Shown piece after piece: positions 24,051 to 26,357 of a DNA stretch of 26,357 bases. Position numbers and translations under genes: made by a program. The stretch is from Methanobacteriota archaeon (GTDB lineage Archaea > Thermoplasmatota > JASEFT01 > JAUWIS01), in the NCBI GenBank assembly GCA_030605245.1, contig JAUWIS010000001.1, positions 1-26,357 of the forward strand, written 5' to 3'. The notes under the pieces were generated by a model, which worked only from the letters and a program-made list of their open reading frames with translations, made no database searches and was not told the origin of the DNA. Position 1 is the stretch's first letter; every line of letters begins with the position of its first letter.

Positions 24051-24787
24051 CAGAGCTTGAATTTATTATAATGATAGTATTGATTTTCATGGTAATGCCT
24101 GTTTTAATGGTATTCTTGTTGATATGGTGGTTATGGAACAACCCTGTAAATGTTCAGATCAGCGAAAAAAAGGAAGGTGTATACTTAAGCAGCGGTGGCA
24201 AGTATAGGATTCGTGATGGTAAGCTGTACCCTATATGGAGCTTTTTCACAAAGATAAGCCGGCAATGGTTAGCTTATGATGTAATCATAAGCCATAAGAC
24301 TATCGAGAAAGCACCATTTAAGCTGTTTGGTGGTGTTTTCACCTTTGGCAAGTCAAAGACTATAAAGAAAGTGTACACTAAGCGATTGGCTGTAGATTAC
24401 GCAGATATCAAAGATTATCTGATAATCACTGAGGGGTTCCCGATAATCGGCGCAAAACTCACTCTCAAGCTTAAACGTGAAAAATCGCAACTTGTTCCCT
24501 GGCTGCCAAAGATAGAAGCTGACAGTAAAGGTGTGACAACAAATACAAGGATGGTCAAGATTGACAACTTACGAGAACAGCTATATGAAACAACCAAGAC
24601 ACCATTAAGCAAAAATGATATGATGCTTAAGGTTGTATTGCCTATGAGCTTAGTCTTGTTGGCTATTGTCCTTATCATATTTTTTCCAAAGATATACGAA
24701 GCAGTGATGGCAGGGAGCCAATCAGCCTTCGACCAAAGCAAGAGCGCCGTATTTGATTGGCTGCAACAAAACCCACCACAAGGTTAA
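24047..24787 (+). CDS. Two-TM membrane protein, paralog A
   Basis: N- and C-terminal TMs around a basic soluble domain. Confidence 0.8.
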   Translation: MTELEFIIMIVLIFMVMPVLMVFLLIWWLWNNPVNVQISEKKEGVYLSSGGKYRIRDGKLYPIWSFFTKISRQWLAYDVIISHKTIEKAPFKLFGGVFTFGKSKTIKKVYTKRLAVDYADIKDYLIITEGFPIIGAKLTLKLKREKSQLVPWLPKIEADSKGVTTNTRMVKIDNLREQLYETTKTPLSKNDMMLKVVLPMSLVLLAIVLIIFFPKIYEAVMAGSQSAFDQSKSAVFDWLQQNPPQG

Positions 24788-24812
24788 AGTTAAACTAGGA
24801 GGTAAACTAAAA

Positions 24813-24947
24813 ATGGGATTTTTAGACATGTTGAAAGAACCAGAAAAGAAAGATAATACAGACTATTGCACATGTGATGAGATTTGTCCACATTGTGGCA
24901 AACCAAAGAGGAAGAAAAAGTATAATCCAGTGACAGGGTTTCAATAA
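24813..24947 (+). CDS. 44-aa Cys-rich microprotein
   Basis: YCTCDEICPHCG; GGAGGT upstream of ATG 24813. Confidence 0.65.
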   Translation: MGFLDMLKEPEKKDNTDYCTCDEICPHCGKPKRKKKYNPVTGFQ

Positions 24948-24953
24948 CGAAAA

Positions 24954-25085
24954 ATGGTAAGATCAATCAAGATAACAAAAGTCAATGATAGGCTTTATTA
25001 TTTAGATTCAGAGATTGAAAACAGAACTTGTCTATCTTATAGGAGCATGATACACAATTTCCATAAGTGGCTCAAGAGGGGATAA
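24954..25085 (+). CDS. Hypothetical 43-aa protein
   Basis: Fills the gap between neighbouring genes. Confidence 0.4.
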   Translation: MVRSIKITKVNDRLYYLDSEIENRTCLSYRSMIHNFHKWLKRG

Positions 25086-25091
25086 AGAACA

Positions 25092-25751
25092 ATGGTAAAA
25101 GGAACAGATTATTTGGAAATGCTCAATTTCAAGAGTATAAATATCTTCGGTGCGACAGGTAATATAACATCAATCATAAACATATCTTTGTGGGTTTTAA
25201 TAATATCCGCTTTGATAGTCATGATTATCAAGTTCATATCACACAGAGTAATGGTTGAAATACTGGAGAAAGTTAAGGGGGGTTATGTTTCAAAGGGTGG
25301 CAGATACGCTGTAGTGTATGATAGAAAAAACGATTTGGCATACTTAAGACCAATGTGGGGAAAAGAGAGATTGCCAAACTTTCCAAGTGAAGCGTTCCAA
25401 AAAACCAAAGGTGTACCATTCATCGGCATTAAACGGGAACTTAGCCTTATAAAAGTCAACAAATACAGTTACAAGGCAAGCCTGCCGGAACCAGGCACAG
25501 CAAAGACAGGCTCTATAAAATACCATGATACACTGAGTTGGATGTTTCTTGAACAGCGCCGGAAATTCCTGAAAAAGATAAGTAAAGAAAACATCTACTA
25601 TGTTTTAATGGTTATGGCACCAATAATAGTAATCCTGGCAAGTATTGGTATGGTAAGCTGGGTTATTTATGTTCATGCCAGACTAGATGCAAACTATGCC
25701 GCATATCTAGGGGAACTATTGAAGATTGCACAAGGAGCGACAGGGAAATGA
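25092..25751 (+). CDS. Two-TM membrane protein, paralog B
   Basis: Same topology as 24047-24787, with a shared post-TM motif. Confidence 0.8.
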   Translation: MVKGTDYLEMLNFKSINIFGATGNITSIINISLWVLIISALIVMIIKFISHRVMVEILEKVKGGYVSKGGRYAVVYDRKNDLAYLRPMWGKERLPNFPSEAFQKTKGVPFIGIKRELSLIKVNKYSYKASLPEPGTAKTGSIKYHDTLSWMFLEQRRKFLKKISKENIYYVLMVMAPIIVILASIGMVSWVIYVHARLDANYAAYLGELLKIAQGATGK

Positions 25752-25975
25752 CACCCTTAGAAAGACATAAACATATCAGTTTAATGGGGGAACCACCACA
25801 GTATGTTGAATGGTACATAAAAGAAGATGTTGAAAAGCATTACCTTGACAAACAACGAGTGAAGGGTAGTATTGAATGGTTAAAAACAGAGATTAGGAAT
25901 AGTGATATGGTTCATTATAAATGGTTGCTTCCATTAATAGATGAAGCGTTTAAACAATTTGGATTAAACAAATGA
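25748..25975 (+). CDS. Hypothetical 75-aa protein
   Basis: ORF track; ATGA coupling. Confidence 0.65.
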   Translation: MTPLERHKHISLMGEPPQYVEWYIKEDVEKHYLDKQRVKGSIEWLKTEIRNSDMVHYKWLLPLIDEAFKQFGLNK

Positions 25976-26094
25976 GCAAGAAAAAACATTATCCAAGATG
26001 TTGCGGTAAACCAATGCGAAACATCCAAACCAAAGTGAAAGACATACACTATAGCTATATGTTATGTGAAAATTGCGGGAGGAAGATTTTATGA
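25972..26094 (+). CDS. 40-aa zinc-ribbon microprotein
   Basis: RCCGKPM...LCENCG; ATGA coupling at both ends. Confidence 0.65.
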   Translation: MSKKKHYPRCCGKPMRNIQTKVKDIHYSYMLCENCGRKIL

Positions 26095-26294
26095 CATATC
26101 CAAAATCAAAATTTAAGTTATTGATTGAAATTATTGAATCTCCAGAAGGAAAACATTATGTTCAGGTTGATATGGTTGAAAATGATGTAATTATGAAAGA
26201 AATAGGACTAGCCATATACACTATGAAACAGATTGAACAGAAGTTAATTGATAGGCAATGGGATAAAGAAGAGGGATATGAGATTGTTCAATAA
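26091..26294 (+). CDS. Hypothetical 67-aa protein
   Basis: ATG 26091 overlaps the upstream TGA. Confidence 0.65.
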   Translation: MTYPKSKFKLLIEIIESPEGKHYVQVDMVENDVIMKEIGLAIYTMKQIEQKLIDRQWDKEEGYEIVQ

Positions 26295-26357
26295 AGAGTT
26301 ACTTGCAGCCATGATACTGGGATCATTATTTGGATTGGTGTTAGGTATATTGTTGAC
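26278..26357 (+). CDS. 5' part of junction-spanning membrane protein (continues at the window start)
   Basis: ATG 26278 follows GAGGG; the frame is open across the terminal repeat. Confidence 0.8.
   Translation, partial: MRLFNKELLAAMILGSLFGLVLGILL
26333..26357. repeat. Terminal direct repeat, right copy
   Basis: Identical to 1-25. Confidence 0.97.

Noticed and set aside
1557-25640. Apparent CCWGG excess as a Dcm/Vsr signature
   Set aside because: Plausibly explained by CCA-GGN (Pro-Gly) codon use, and CTAG is not depleted; needs computation.

Overview
The window looks like one complete circular replicon of about 26,332 bp. The first and last 25 nt are identical, and a 75-aa ORF reads through the join. 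It is best read as a non-tailed archaeal virus, probably spindle-shaped or related. A minus-strand structural block (2.2-11.9 kb) encodes membrane proteins, two large sequon-rich adhesin-like proteins (one with a LamG domain) and a 1069-aa very basic protein. A lone plus-strand gene encodes an 89-aa two-helix capsid-like protein. A minus-strand array of small accessory ORFs (12.3-15.7 kb) is punctuated by repeats. A plus-strand block (15.8 kb through the join to 2.0 kb) encodes an AbrB-like regulator, a wHTH putative replication protein, a C5 DNA methyltransferase, a Zot-like ATPase, a helicase-methyltransferase fusion, two paralogous membrane proteins, a frameshifted radical SAM gene and a small serine recombinase. 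I recognised no HK97 capsid, portal, terminase, DNA polymerase, tRNA or CRISPR array. The most interesting leads are: (1) prepilin-like class III signal peptides on three putative virion proteins; (2) a ~22-bp gene-junction motif that brackets single small genes and has an inverted copy next to the serine recombinase; (3) an AbrB / structured RNA / iteron-like / wHTH module. All family calls come from motif recognition by eye, all counts are manual, and no database search was run.
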